Part shown: one piece after another, positions 33,150-41,770 of the stretch
Layout: each line of letters opens with the position of its first letter
How positions within the stretch are numbered: position 1 is the first letter of the stretch
Assembly (NCBI GenBank): GCA_021786355.1
Contig: JAJYNK010000011.1
Coordinates: forward strand, 1-52,322
Direction: 5' to 3'
Length of the DNA: 52,322 nucleotides
Source: a bacterium
GTDB lineage: Bacteria; Patescibacteriota; Minisyncoccia; UBA6257; UBA9933
Program-made: the position numbers and the translations under genes
The notes under the pieces: model-generated
Databases searched by the model: none
The model's input: the letters and a program-made list of their open reading frames with translations, nothing else
What the model was told of the DNA's origin: nothing

Positions 33150-34172
33150 TTAAACCGCCAGCCGCTGGTGCCGGTGTTTTTTATCGGTCCAGTCGTTTAT
33201 AAGCTCTTGAAACACCGCCGCCACAGGGATTCCTAAAATAAATCCCGTAAAGCCGGCAAGAGTCGCTCCGGCCAGAAGAGCGAAAACAACAACAACCGGA
33301 TGAATATCAACCGTCCTTTTCATGACAATCGGAACTAATAAGTTAGATTCGACTTCATGGAGAATTACGAAAAGTATAAGCACTTTAATTGCTAACGCCA
33401 CAGAAATCGGAACGGCCATTAAAAACGCGACAATTCCCGCGACAATAAGCCCGATATAGGGAATTATTTCCAAAAGTCCGGCCAAAAGTCCTATTGCCAG
33501 ACTAAAATTTACACCTAACGCTTTCATTCCTAAAAAAGTGGCAAAGCCGACTATGAAACTCAAAATAACTTGCCCTTGCAGCCATTTGCCGATTTTTTTC
33601 CTTGTTCGATGAAATACATTAACCGCGTAATCCTCTTGGTTTGACGGCAAGATAGATTTTAAAAAATTTTCAACCCCCTCGCGATTTAATGCCAAGAAAA
33701 AAGAAACGACAACGGTTGTTATTGCTAAAACGATATTTTTAAATATCGAGGGAATCAGGCCGGTGATTGAAAGGTCGCCGTTGAAAAACATGGAAGTCAA
33801 GCGGTCTAAAAATTCCCCCGCGCTTGCCGTTATTCTGGAGATTCCCGGAACTCCGGAAAGCGCGCCCTGCATTTTATCGAGGTTGGCGAAAATATTTCTA
33901 AGCTCGATGATGCTAATCGGTATTATAGTGTAAAGAACTACCGCAAAAAGAAGGAAAAATGTTATAAAAATGAAAATAAGCCCTAAAATTCGGGGGATTT
34001 TGCGTTTTTCCAGAAAGGTCAAAGGCGCGTCAATGGCCGAAGAAATTACTATAGCCAGTAGAAAGACCACAAAAATGTCGCGGATAAGATAAAGGGCAAC
34101 GGCTAAAATCAGCATAAACAGGACTCTCCAAAGCGAGGTCCAAGAAATTTCTATGTGTTGATTTTCTGCCAT
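33150..34172 (-). CDS. AI-2E family transporter (PerM/UPF0118)
   Basis: Polytopic membrane protein with a typical C-terminal half (…LEIIPYIGLIVAGIVAFL…ILGIPVAAV…). The ATG at 34172 is preferred. The alternative upstream ATG at 34232 adds 20 atypical residues. Confidence 0.8.
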   Translation of the reverse strand: MAENQHIEISWTSLWRVLFMLILAVALYLIRDIFVVFLLAIVISSAIDAPLTFLEKRKIPRILGLIFIFITFFLLFAVVLYTIIPISIIELRNIFANLDKMQGALSGVPGISRITASAGEFLDRLTSMFFNGDLSITGLIPSIFKNIVLAITTVVVSFFLALNREGVENFLKSILPSNQEDYAVNVFHRTRKKIGKWLQGQVILSFIVGFATFLGMKALGVNFSLAIGLLAGLLEIIPYIGLIVAGIVAFLMAVPISVALAIKVLILFVILHEVESNLLVPIVMKRTVDIHPVVVVFALLAGATLAGFTGFILGIPVAAVFQELINDWTDKKHRHQRLAV

Positions 34173-34274
34173 TGTTTTTATAATAATACCATTAATTTCA
34201 AATAGCAATATTTTTAGTTTTTTTGACTTCAAATAAAGTTTGAAACAAGCCGAATTTCAGTATAATGAAAGAAT

Positions 34275-35561
34275 ATGAAAAGAAAGCGGTTTTATTTTGA
34301 TTACGCCGCCACAACTCCTTTAGATAAAAAGGTTTTTTTAAAAATGAAGCCTTATCTTGAGGATAATTTTGGCAATCCGTCTAATTTGTACGAAGCCGGA
34401 CGCAAAGCCAATCAGGCGGTTGGCGAAGCGACTGATAAAATAACTAAAGCTTTGAATTGCGCGCCTGATGAATTTATTTTCACAAGCGGAGCTACCGAAG
34501 CGGATAATTTGGCGATAGCCGGCATAGCCCGCGCCAATAAAGAGTTTGGCAATAAAATTATAATTTCAGCCGTTGAGCATAAAGGCATAATGTCCGTTTG
34601 CGATGCGCTAAAAAAAGAAGGGTTTGAAATTGTAAAAATTCCGGTTAATAAGTTTGGCTTGGTTGATTTAAAAAAACTAAAAAAAGAAATTAATTCAAAA
34701 ACGATTTTGGTTTCTATAACTTACGCGGACAGCGAAACCGGCACAATTCAACCAATCGCAGAAATAGCCGATATTATAAAAAAATTTAAAGAAAAAAAAT
34801 ATTCTAAACCCTATACCCTCGTGGCTAGTGGCTATCCGCCTTATTTCCACACCGACGCCAGTCAAGCCGCGCCATATCTCGATATTAATGTAAAAAAATT
34901 GGGAGTTGATCTAATGACTTTGTCCGCGCATAAAATTTACGGGCCGAAAGGCATCGGCGGATTATATATAAAAAAAGGAATAAAAATAAAACCCATAATT
35001 TACGGCGGCGGACAGCAAAGTTTGAGATCGGGGACTCAAAATGTTCCGGCAATTGTCGGTTTCGGCGAAGTAATGGCGCTGGCGCAGAAAAATAAAAAAG
35101 CGGAATTTAAACACGTAAAACAATTAAGAGACAAATTGGGAAAAGGAATTTTTAAAACCATTCCTAGGATTATTTTAAACGGCCATCCTAAAAACCGTTT
35201 ACCTAATTTTTTAAATATTTCCGTTTTAGATATTGAGGGGGAAGCGTTATTATTATACTTGGATGAAAAGGGAATTGCGGTTGGTACTGGCTCCGCCTGC
35301 AATTCCGAAAGTCTGGAACCGTCCTATGTTTTAGCCGCGCTTGGCCGGCCTTACGAATATATCCACGGCAGTATCCGGTTTACACTCGGAAAATATACGA
35401 AAGATTCGGACGTGAATTATGTTTTGAAAAATTTGCCTGAAATGGTCAAAAAACTCCGCCAGATTTCCCCTTTGAATTTAAAAATTAAAAATCCTCAAAA
35501 AATCAGCCAGCCAAAAGCCTTTGTCGGAGGCAAAACCCCGCATTTTTTAAAAAAGAAATAA
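34275..35561 (+). CDS. nifS: cysteine desulfurase NifS/IscS type
   Basis: PLP-lysine region (SAHKIYGPKGIGGLY) and active-site Cys loop (GTGSACNS). Confidence 0.92.
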   Translation: MKRKRFYFDYAATTPLDKKVFLKMKPYLEDNFGNPSNLYEAGRKANQAVGEATDKITKALNCAPDEFIFTSGATEADNLAIAGIARANKEFGNKIIISAVEHKGIMSVCDALKKEGFEIVKIPVNKFGLVDLKKLKKEINSKTILVSITYADSETGTIQPIAEIADIIKKFKEKKYSKPYTLVASGYPPYFHTDASQAAPYLDINVKKLGVDLMTLSAHKIYGPKGIGGLYIKKGIKIKPIIYGGGQQSLRSGTQNVPAIVGFGEVMALAQKNKKAEFKHVKQLRDKLGKGIFKTIPRIILNGHPKNRLPNFLNISVLDIEGEALLLYLDEKGIAVGTGSACNSESLEPSYVLAALGRPYEYIHGSIRFTLGKYTKDSDVNYVLKNLPEMVKKLRQISPLNLKIKNPQKISQPKAFVGGKTPHFLKKK

Positions 35562-35564
35562 TAC

Positions 35565-36257
35565 ATGTCAAAAAAATCGTTAACCGCAAAAAAGAAAACC
35601 CCGGACGTTGTTAATAAATTCACCGGCGGAAACTGGGTTTATACAAAAGAAGTAAAAGAACATTTTTTTAAGCCCAAAAATTTATTGTGGGAAAATCCTG
35701 ACAGCGCCAAATTCGACGCTGAAGGAATTGTTGGTTCTCCTGCTTGCGGCGATGTTATGCGCGTGTGGCTTAAAATCGATCCTAAAAAAGACAGGATTAT
35801 TGAATTCAAATGGCGGACATTCGGCTGCGCCAGCGCCATCGCCGCCACTTCCATGCTTTCGGTTATGGCAACCGAGAAAGGCGGCATGAAAATAGACAAA
35901 GCGTTAAAAATTAAGCCTAAAGATATAATGAAACGGCTCGGAGGGCTTCCGGACAGAAAAATTCACTGCTCGGTTTTGGGCGATAAAGCGCTTAGAGCGG
36001 CGATAAACGATTGGTTTAAAAAAACCGGCCAATACGAAAGAATTATCGTGGAAGGTTCACGAGTTATTGACCCGGACACTAAAGTCACGGAAGCGGACAT
36101 CGAATCCGCGGTTATCGAAGGTGTAAAAACAATCGAGGGCCTTCAAAAAAGGACAAAAGTCGGGATCGGAAATCCCGCGTGCCTCGACGAAGCCGAACAG
36201 CTACTGAGATTTTACAGGGAAAAGTATTTCGGGAAAGAAGTCTCATTAACCAATTAG
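35565..36257 (+). CDS. nifU: NifU-like Fe-S scaffold (IscU-like N-domain plus BFD-like [2Fe-2S] domain)
   Basis: GSPACGDVM, FGCASAIA and HCSVLG scaffold cysteines, with a C-terminal …VGIGNPACLDEAE… segment. Confidence 0.85.
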   Translation: MSKKSLTAKKKTPDVVNKFTGGNWVYTKEVKEHFFKPKNLLWENPDSAKFDAEGIVGSPACGDVMRVWLKIDPKKDRIIEFKWRTFGCASAIAATSMLSVMATEKGGMKIDKALKIKPKDIMKRLGGLPDRKIHCSVLGDKALRAAINDWFKKTGQYERIIVEGSRVIDPDTKVTEADIESAVIEGVKTIEGLQKRTKVGIGNPACLDEAEQLLRFYREKYFGKEVSLTN

Positions 36258-36279
36258 AGTCACTTTTGATAATCTTTAT

Positions 36280-36317
36280 CTATCGGACTATTTGACGATC
36301 GTAAATTAGTACGATAG
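36280..36317. promoter_or_regulatory. 38-bp imperfect palindrome with ACGATCGT core, upstream flank of cassette B
   Basis: CTATCGGACTATTTG-ACGATCGT-AAATTAGTACGATAG. The arms are 12/15 complementary. It ends 10 nt before the ATG at 36328. Confidence 0.65.
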
Positions 36318-36327
36318 CATTAAGTAA

Positions 36328-36897
36328 ATGCGAGGAGAAAAACGGTTAAAAATTTTGGAATTTCTTTCAGAATCAACCCGCACAGCAGGAGATTTATTTT
36401 CTATTTTTACAATGCCGTACGGAACATCACTTTATAGGGGATTGAAAACAGCGGAAAGATATCATCAAGAACGAGAAAATAGAGAGATAGAAAGGAGAGA
36501 ACGGCTAAATTTCAACGATCTAATTTATAGATTAAGAAAAGACGATCTCGTAGAAGAATTTGGGGAAAAAAGAAAAAAATTTTTTCGCCTAACAGATAAG
36601 GGAAAAAATAGTTTGGCAAAGCTTGAGTTAAGAATATTAACTGATAATTACGAGATAAAAAGGGATAATTTAGTGAAAATTGTAGTTTTCGACATACCAG
36701 AGAAAAAAAGGAAAATGCGCGATTGGATCAGAAGAATATTAGTAAATTTGGAATTTAATATGCTCCAAAAAAGTGTTTGGATCGGCAAAACAAAAATTCC
36801 GGAAGAATTTATTAAACAACTTAGGAATCTAAACCTCTTGTCTTATGTGGAAATATTTGAGATAAGTAAAACTGGAAGTTTAAAGCAAATAAAATAA
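36328..36897 (+). CDS. winged-helix + Cas2/PaaX-like ferredoxin-fold domain protein (paralog B)
   Basis: VKIVVFDIPEKKRKMRDWIRRILVNLEFNMLQKSVWIGKTKIPEEFI…YVEIFEISKTGSLKQIK. Clear paralog of 7886-8461 and 46648-47232. Confidence 0.6.
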   Translation: MRGEKRLKILEFLSESTRTAGDLFSIFTMPYGTSLYRGLKTAERYHQERENREIERRERLNFNDLIYRLRKDDLVEEFGEKRKKFFRLTDKGKNSLAKLELRILTDNYEIKRDNLVKIVVFDIPEKKRKMRDWIRRILVNLEFNMLQKSVWIGKTKIPEEFIKQLRNLNLLSYVEIFEISKTGSLKQIK

Positions 36898-36904
36898 TTT
36901 TTAG

Positions 36905-36944
36905 CCTATCGGATTAATTCACGATCGTTAATTAATCAGATAGG
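36905..36944. promoter_or_regulatory. 40-bp imperfect palindrome with ACGATCGT core, downstream flank of cassette B
   Basis: CCTATCGGATTAATTC-ACGATCGT-TAATTAATCAGATAGG. The arms are 14/16 complementary and share CTATCGGA with the upstream flank. Confidence 0.65.
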
Positions 36945-36997
36945 ATAGGAGATATTGGTTAAAAAATAATTAGAGAATAATTATAAAAGTATTAGTT

Positions 36998-37216
36998 ATG
37001 GAAGCTAAGGTTAAAGAAATTTTGAACAAAGTACGGCCGTATATTAAAATGCACGGAGGTGATGTTGTGTTTGTGGAAATTAAAGACAATGACGTTTTTT
37101 TACAGGTTTTTGGCGCTTGCAAAGATTGCCCTTTATCCGATTTAACTTATAATAAAATGATAGGGGGGCTTCTTAAAGAAGAAATTCCCGAAATTAAAAA
37201 AGTCGTTATAATATAA
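36998..37216 (+). CDS. NifU C-terminal (Nfu-type) Fe-S cluster carrier domain protein
   Basis: 72 aa. VRPYIKMHGGDVVFVEI…GACKDCPLS carries the CxxC motif. Confidence 0.8.
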   Translation: MEAKVKEILNKVRPYIKMHGGDVVFVEIKDNDVFLQVFGACKDCPLSDLTYNKMIGGLLKEEIPEIKKVVII

Positions 37217-37224
37217 ATTTTAAA

Positions 37225-37482
37225 ATGGCAAACCAAAAAGAATATATTAGAAATCGCGCGGATTCAAACATAAGCAAAATCATTATTGACCGCGATCTTT
37301 GCATAGGCGCGGCATCTTGCATTGCCGTTTCCGGCTCCACATTTGAGTTGGATAACGAAAATAAAGCGGTGGTAATAGGAGCCGACACGGCGGACGATGA
37401 AACTTTAAAAATGGCCGCCGAATCCTGCCCCACTAAAGCAATTTTGCTTTTTGACAAAGAAGGTAAGCAGGTTTATCCATAA
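37225..37482 (+). CDS. small ferredoxin (single [4Fe-4S]/[3Fe-4S] type)
   Basis: DRDLCIGAASCIAV…ESCPTKAI: a CxxxxxC…CP ferredoxin pattern. Confidence 0.72.
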   Translation: MANQKEYIRNRADSNISKIIIDRDLCIGAASCIAVSGSTFELDNENKAVVIGADTADDETLKMAAESCPTKAILLFDKEGKQVYP

Positions 37483-37486
37483 ATAT

Positions 37487-37626
37487 TTTAAACAATAATA
37501 TTCTTTCGCTACCGTTCAGCCTCCCAGCGAGCGGCTTCACTGGCGCCGCTCCTTCGCTCGGTCGCCTATGGCGACCACCGTGCCCGCTCAGTCGCGGAGC
37601 CGCGCTCAAGAACATTATTGTTTAAA
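37487..37626. other. GC-rich hairpin element bounded by AT-rich 17-bp inverted repeats
   Basis: TTTAAACAATAATATTC (37487-37503) pairs with GAACATTATTGTTTAAA (37610-37626) at 16/17 positions. The 106-nt GC-rich core has hairpins GAGCGG…CCGCTC and GTCGCC-TATG-GCGAC. Confidence 0.6.
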
Positions 37627-37641
37627 ACAACATAAATTAAA

Positions 37642-38901
37642 ATGGAAAAATATAAGTATGTAATTGTGGGCGGGGGAGTTGCGGGCTTTACGGCGGCTGA
37701 AACATTGCGACAAAAAGACGTAAGCGCCACGATTGCTGTTATAAACAGCGAACCGTACGCCTTATATTCGCGTGTGATGTTGTCAAAGCCCGACTTTTTT
37801 TTGGGCAAAATTCCTTTTGATAAAGTTTGGATGAGAGGCCAGGATTGGTACGAGAAAAACAATATAACTTTTTTTGGCAGTAAAACAGCCGCGTCGCTTG
37901 ATGCCGATAAAAAAATTGTAAAACTATCCGATGGCTCGGAATTAGGCTATGAAAAACTGCTTATTGCCACCGGAGTTTGCGCCAGAAAATGGGGCATTCC
38001 CGGATCCGAAAGAGAGGGCGTTTATTATTTGCGCACCATTGACGACGGAAAGAAAATAATGGAGGCGATAAAATCCGCAAAGCGCGCCGTCACTATCGGC
38101 GGAGGGTTTATTAGTTTTGAAATGGCGGATTTGTTTGCTTTGGCGAAAATAGATACAAGTGTTGTTATTAGGGAAAATTATTTTTGGGAGCCGACTTTAG
38201 ATGAAGCCTCCGGCAAAATGATTGAAAAAGTCCTTACTGGGAGCGGCGTTAAAATAATAAACAACGCCGAAGTCCAGGAAGTTGTAGGCGAGAATAAAGT
38301 TGAGGGTATTGTTTTAAAAGACGGCAGGAAAATAGAGTGCGATATGGTTATTTGCGGAATCGGAGTAGCTTGCGATTTTAACTGGTTTGCTTCATCGGGA
38401 ATAAAAACAAACCGGGGAATTTTAGCGGATGAATATCTTCAAACCAATTTGCCTGACGTGTGGACTGCTGGAGACATTGCCGAATACAACGACCTGCTTT
38501 TGGAAGAAAATATCCAGCTTGGCAACTGGGTGAATGCCCATGAGCAGGGAAGGATTGCCGGGTTAAATATGGCCGGCGTTCACGAGCCGTTTAAATTCGT
38601 TTCGTTTTATACGACTCAAGGAATGGGGATCTCCGTCGCTTTTGTCGGAGATACCAGGCCCGGCCAGGACAGAATAATAATCAAGCGCGGTTATCCGGAA
38701 ATAAATTCCTACGCCCGCATAATTATTGTTGGCAAAGAACTTGTGGGCGCGACTTTAATAAACAGAACCAGTGAGTTATCGGTAATCGCCAAACTTATTG
38801 AAAATAATATTGACGTTTCTCAAAAATATAAGGAACTCGAAGACCCGAATTTTGATTTGAAAGGGCTTTTAAAAACAGAAGTAAAAATTATTCAGTTATA
38901 A
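37642..38901 (+). CDS. FAD-dependent pyridine nucleotide-disulfide oxidoreductase (ferredoxin/rubredoxin reductase-like)
   Basis: An N-terminal GGGVAGFTAA dinucleotide fold, a second Rossmann motif (VTIGGGFISFE) and GDIAE. Confidence 0.8.
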   Translation: MEKYKYVIVGGGVAGFTAAETLRQKDVSATIAVINSEPYALYSRVMLSKPDFFLGKIPFDKVWMRGQDWYEKNNITFFGSKTAASLDADKKIVKLSDGSELGYEKLLIATGVCARKWGIPGSEREGVYYLRTIDDGKKIMEAIKSAKRAVTIGGGFISFEMADLFALAKIDTSVVIRENYFWEPTLDEASGKMIEKVLTGSGVKIINNAEVQEVVGENKVEGIVLKDGRKIECDMVICGIGVACDFNWFASSGIKTNRGILADEYLQTNLPDVWTAGDIAEYNDLLLEENIQLGNWVNAHEQGRIAGLNMAGVHEPFKFVSFYTTQGMGISVAFVGDTRPGQDRIIIKRGYPEINSYARIIIVGKELVGATLINRTSELSVIAKLIENNIDVSQKYKELEDPNFDLKGLLKTEVKIIQL

Positions 38902-40975
38902 CTCTAGCATCTATTATTTTTGCTTCATTTTCCGATGCCATAACCGGATTCAGGTCAATTTCCTGGATTTCTAGGTGCTCAAGAGATAATTTTGAAACAG
39001 CGATAATAAGATTTTCCAATTTTTCGAAATCAACCGGTTTTTCACCACGAAGGCCTTTTAATATCGGATAGCCCTTTATTTCTTCAATCATTTTTTTGGC
39101 TTCGGATTTAGTAACCGGCGCTATTCGCGAAGAAACGTCTTTTAACGCTTCGGTAAAAATTCCTCCCATTCCGAAAACGATAACCGGCCCGAAAGTTTTA
39201 TCTCTTTTCATTCCGATAATTATTTCTCTTGCCCCCACACCAAATGGGGAATGCGTCTTCGCAAAAATATCTTTCCCCGTTATGGTGTGGGGGTTGACCA
39301 TTTTTTGCACAACCATGCCCTCTACCCGCGCATTTGGAAGCTTAGCTTTTATTGAATTTACAATCTCATCCCATGCTTTCTCGGCTTCGTCCAGATTTTT
39401 AATATTTAACTTAACCGCCCTGAACTCTGTTTTATGGATTACGTTCGGTGATACAATTTTAATTGCAACTAGATTATTAAACTTATTAAAAACATTCGAT
39501 AATTCATTTTTTGTTTTTACGAACTCACCTTCAACCGCGATTGAGTATTTTGACAATAATTTTTTTGTTTCCTCGAATCCCAACATTTTGTACGTAGTCT
39601 GCCCGCTCTCCGAAGTTTTAAAAAAGGAAGTTTTTTTATTTTCTGCCGCCATCACATCTAAAATTTCAACAATATCCCTACTATCTCCGAAATTCACAAG
39701 CCCGTTTTTCTTAAATTCCAAAAGCGCTTTATAAATTGATTGTCCGCCTATGAAAACCGGTAAAATCGGTTTTTTCTTTGAAAATCCGCCGAGCAATTTT
39801 GCCGTTTCTTCGGCCTGCGTCATCATCTGGGGAGTAAGTATGGTAATAACAGCGTTAATGTTTTTTTCATTGACTAAAATTTTTAAAGCGCTTGCGTAGC
39901 GGTCGCTTAAAGCGTCGCCGATAATATCAATCGGATTATTTACGGCAGCCATCGGAGGTAAAACTTTTTTAAGCGCGTTTTTGGTCTCATTTTTTAAGGT
40001 TGCCAGTTCCAGCGATTTAGAAAGGTCTATCAGGTCAGCCGCCACAACCGACGGGCCACCGCCATTGGTTAAAACCGCCAGCTGTTTTAAGGGCTTATAA
40101 ATTCCCATATGAAATAGCTTTGCGAAGCTAAAGAATTGCCGGATAGATTCTACGGTTATTACGCCGGATTGTTTACAGGCGGCGGCGAATACGGAATCTT
40201 CCGGCGCAAGCGATCCGGTATGAGAAGCTACGGCGGCCAATCCTTTATTGCTTCGGCCGGCTTTTAAAATGACTATCGATTTTTTACGGGTGATTTGTTT
40301 TGCCAGCCGCATAAACTTTTTTCCGTCGCTTATTTTTTCAAGGTATAGCATTATTGCTTTGGTGTTTTTGTCGCTTGCGAGGTATTCTAAAAATTCTATT
40401 TCGGTTAAGTCCGCCTCGTTTCCCAAACTTATAAATTTGGAAAATCCGATGCCCCTTGCTTTTGCCCAGTCGAGCATTGCCGCTCCCAAAGCGCCGGATT
40501 GCGATACAAAAGCGATACTTCCTTTTAGGGGTATTTCCGGCGCAAATGACGCGTTAAAATTATTTTGCGTATCAATTATGCCAAGGCAATTCGGCCCGAG
40601 AAGTGTTATTTTGTATTTTTTGGCGATGGTTTTTATTTTTTCTTCAAGCTCCAAGCCGCTTCTCCCTATTTCTTTAAACCCAGAAGAAATAATTATTACA
40701 TTAGAGATTTTTTTCTTCCCGCACTCTTCAAGAACCTGGGGGACAATGTCCGCGCGAAGCGCGATTAAAGCTAGATCGATCTCGTTTTTTATATCAAGAA
40801 CCGAAGTGTAAGAAGTGAGATTTAGGATTTTTTTATACGCCGGATTTACTGGATAAATTTTCCGCCGCGAGCCGCCCAGTAGATTTTTAACCAACGAATA
40901 ACCAACCTTATCTTTATTTGGCGAAGCGCCAATTACTGCGATTGATTTGGGATTAAAAAAGTTTGATAGATTCAT
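38888..40975 (-). CDS. ADP-forming acetyl-CoA synthetase (fused alpha/beta, acetate--CoA ligase)
   Basis: An N-terminal CoA-binding motif (IAVIGASPNKDKVGY), a ligase-CoA domain (SQSGALGAA) and a C-terminal ATP-grasp domain. 695 aa. Adjacent to OFOR. Confidence 0.85.
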   Translation of the reverse strand: MNLSNFFNPKSIAVIGASPNKDKVGYSLVKNLLGGSRRKIYPVNPAYKKILNLTSYTSVLDIKNEIDLALIALRADIVPQVLEECGKKKISNVIIISSGFKEIGRSGLELEEKIKTIAKKYKITLLGPNCLGIIDTQNNFNASFAPEIPLKGSIAFVSQSGALGAAMLDWAKARGIGFSKFISLGNEADLTEIEFLEYLASDKNTKAIMLYLEKISDGKKFMRLAKQITRKKSIVILKAGRSNKGLAAVASHTGSLAPEDSVFAAACKQSGVITVESIRQFFSFAKLFHMGIYKPLKQLAVLTNGGGPSVVAADLIDLSKSLELATLKNETKNALKKVLPPMAAVNNPIDIIGDALSDRYASALKILVNEKNINAVITILTPQMMTQAEETAKLLGGFSKKKPILPVFIGGQSIYKALLEFKKNGLVNFGDSRDIVEILDVMAAENKKTSFFKTSESGQTTYKMLGFEETKKLLSKYSIAVEGEFVKTKNELSNVFNKFNNLVAIKIVSPNVIHKTEFRAVKLNIKNLDEAEKAWDEIVNSIKAKLPNARVEGMVVQKMVNPHTITGKDIFAKTHSPFGVGAREIIIGMKRDKTFGPVIVFGMGGIFTEALKDVSSRIAPVTKSEAKKMIEEIKGYPILKGLRGEKPVDFEKLENLIIAVSKLSLEHLEIQEIDLNPVMASENEAKIIDARVITE
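39232..39293. repeat. 62-nt hairpin element inside the ADP-ACS CDS
   Basis: CCCCCACACC (39232-39241) pairs with GGTGTGGGGG (39284-39293), and the inner GGGGAA pairs with TTCCCC. It encodes …NPHTITGKDIFAKTHSPFGVG… in the ATP-grasp region. Confidence 0.65.
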
Positions 40976-40981
40976 TTTTAT

Positions 40982-41770
40982 TTATGTTATTTGTGGATAG
41001 AGTGACTCCTCAAATGTCGGCTTTTCCACTTTATAAAAAACTCCCAAGGCGATTTTTTCCTCCTGAGCCGTGACTTTTTTTATCGCGGTTTCGAGTTTTT
41101 TGGACGGAAATTTTTTGTCGAGCCAATAAACGTGATTATTGTAAAAATCGCGGGTGTCATAAAAAGTAATGCAGGGCTGGATTATATCCACGAAAGAAAA
41201 CCCTTTGTGCTCGATTGCCTGTCTCATGATTTTTTTTGTGCCCTCTATATCTCCGGCGTAAGTACGCGCCACAAAAGTCGCGCCGGCAGCAAGCATTAAA
41301 AGAAGCGGATTAAACGGTTCCTCCGTGCTTCCCGAAGGCGTAGATTTTCCTTTGAATCCTTTGGGGCTTGTGGCTGTTGCCTGGCCGGTGGTCAGAGCAA
41401 AAACCTGGTTGTCGTGTACAAAAAGATTTACATCGGAATTTCTTTTCGCAGCGTGTATCAAATGTTCGGCTCCTTCCGAATACGAATCGCCGTCTCCGCT
41501 GAAGCCCACCACCTGAAGAGAAGGATTTGCGATTTTAATTCCCTGCATTGTCGGAAGCAAGCGTCCGTGAAGCGAAGTAAAAGTATTTATATTCAGATAG
41601 TCGGTAATTTTTCCGTGGCAGCCGATGCCTCCGACTGCGACAAGATTTTCAAGTTTTAAGCTTCTCTCAGTCTTCAATTCTTCAACAAGTTTTCTAAAAG
41701 CGACAAGAATTGCCGAATTCGGGCATCCGGGACACCAGGTTATTTTTGCGCTTGTGGCTAAGTTTTCCAT
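40982..41770 (-). CDS. 2-oxoacid:ferredoxin oxidoreductase beta (TPP-binding) subunit
   Basis: TWCPGCPNSAIL, GGIGCHG and GDGDSYSEG motifs. Confidence 0.9.
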   Translation of the reverse strand: MENLATSAKITWCPGCPNSAILVAFRKLVEELKTERSLKLENLVAVGGIGCHGKITDYLNINTFTSLHGRLLPTMQGIKIANPSLQVVGFSGDGDSYSEGAEHLIHAAKRNSDVNLFVHDNQVFALTTGQATATSPKGFKGKSTPSGSTEEPFNPLLLMLAAGATFVARTYAGDIEGTKKIMRQAIEHKGFSFVDIIQPCITFYDTRDFYNNHVYWLDKKFPSKKLETAIKKVTAQEEKIALGVFYKVEKPTFEESLYPQIT

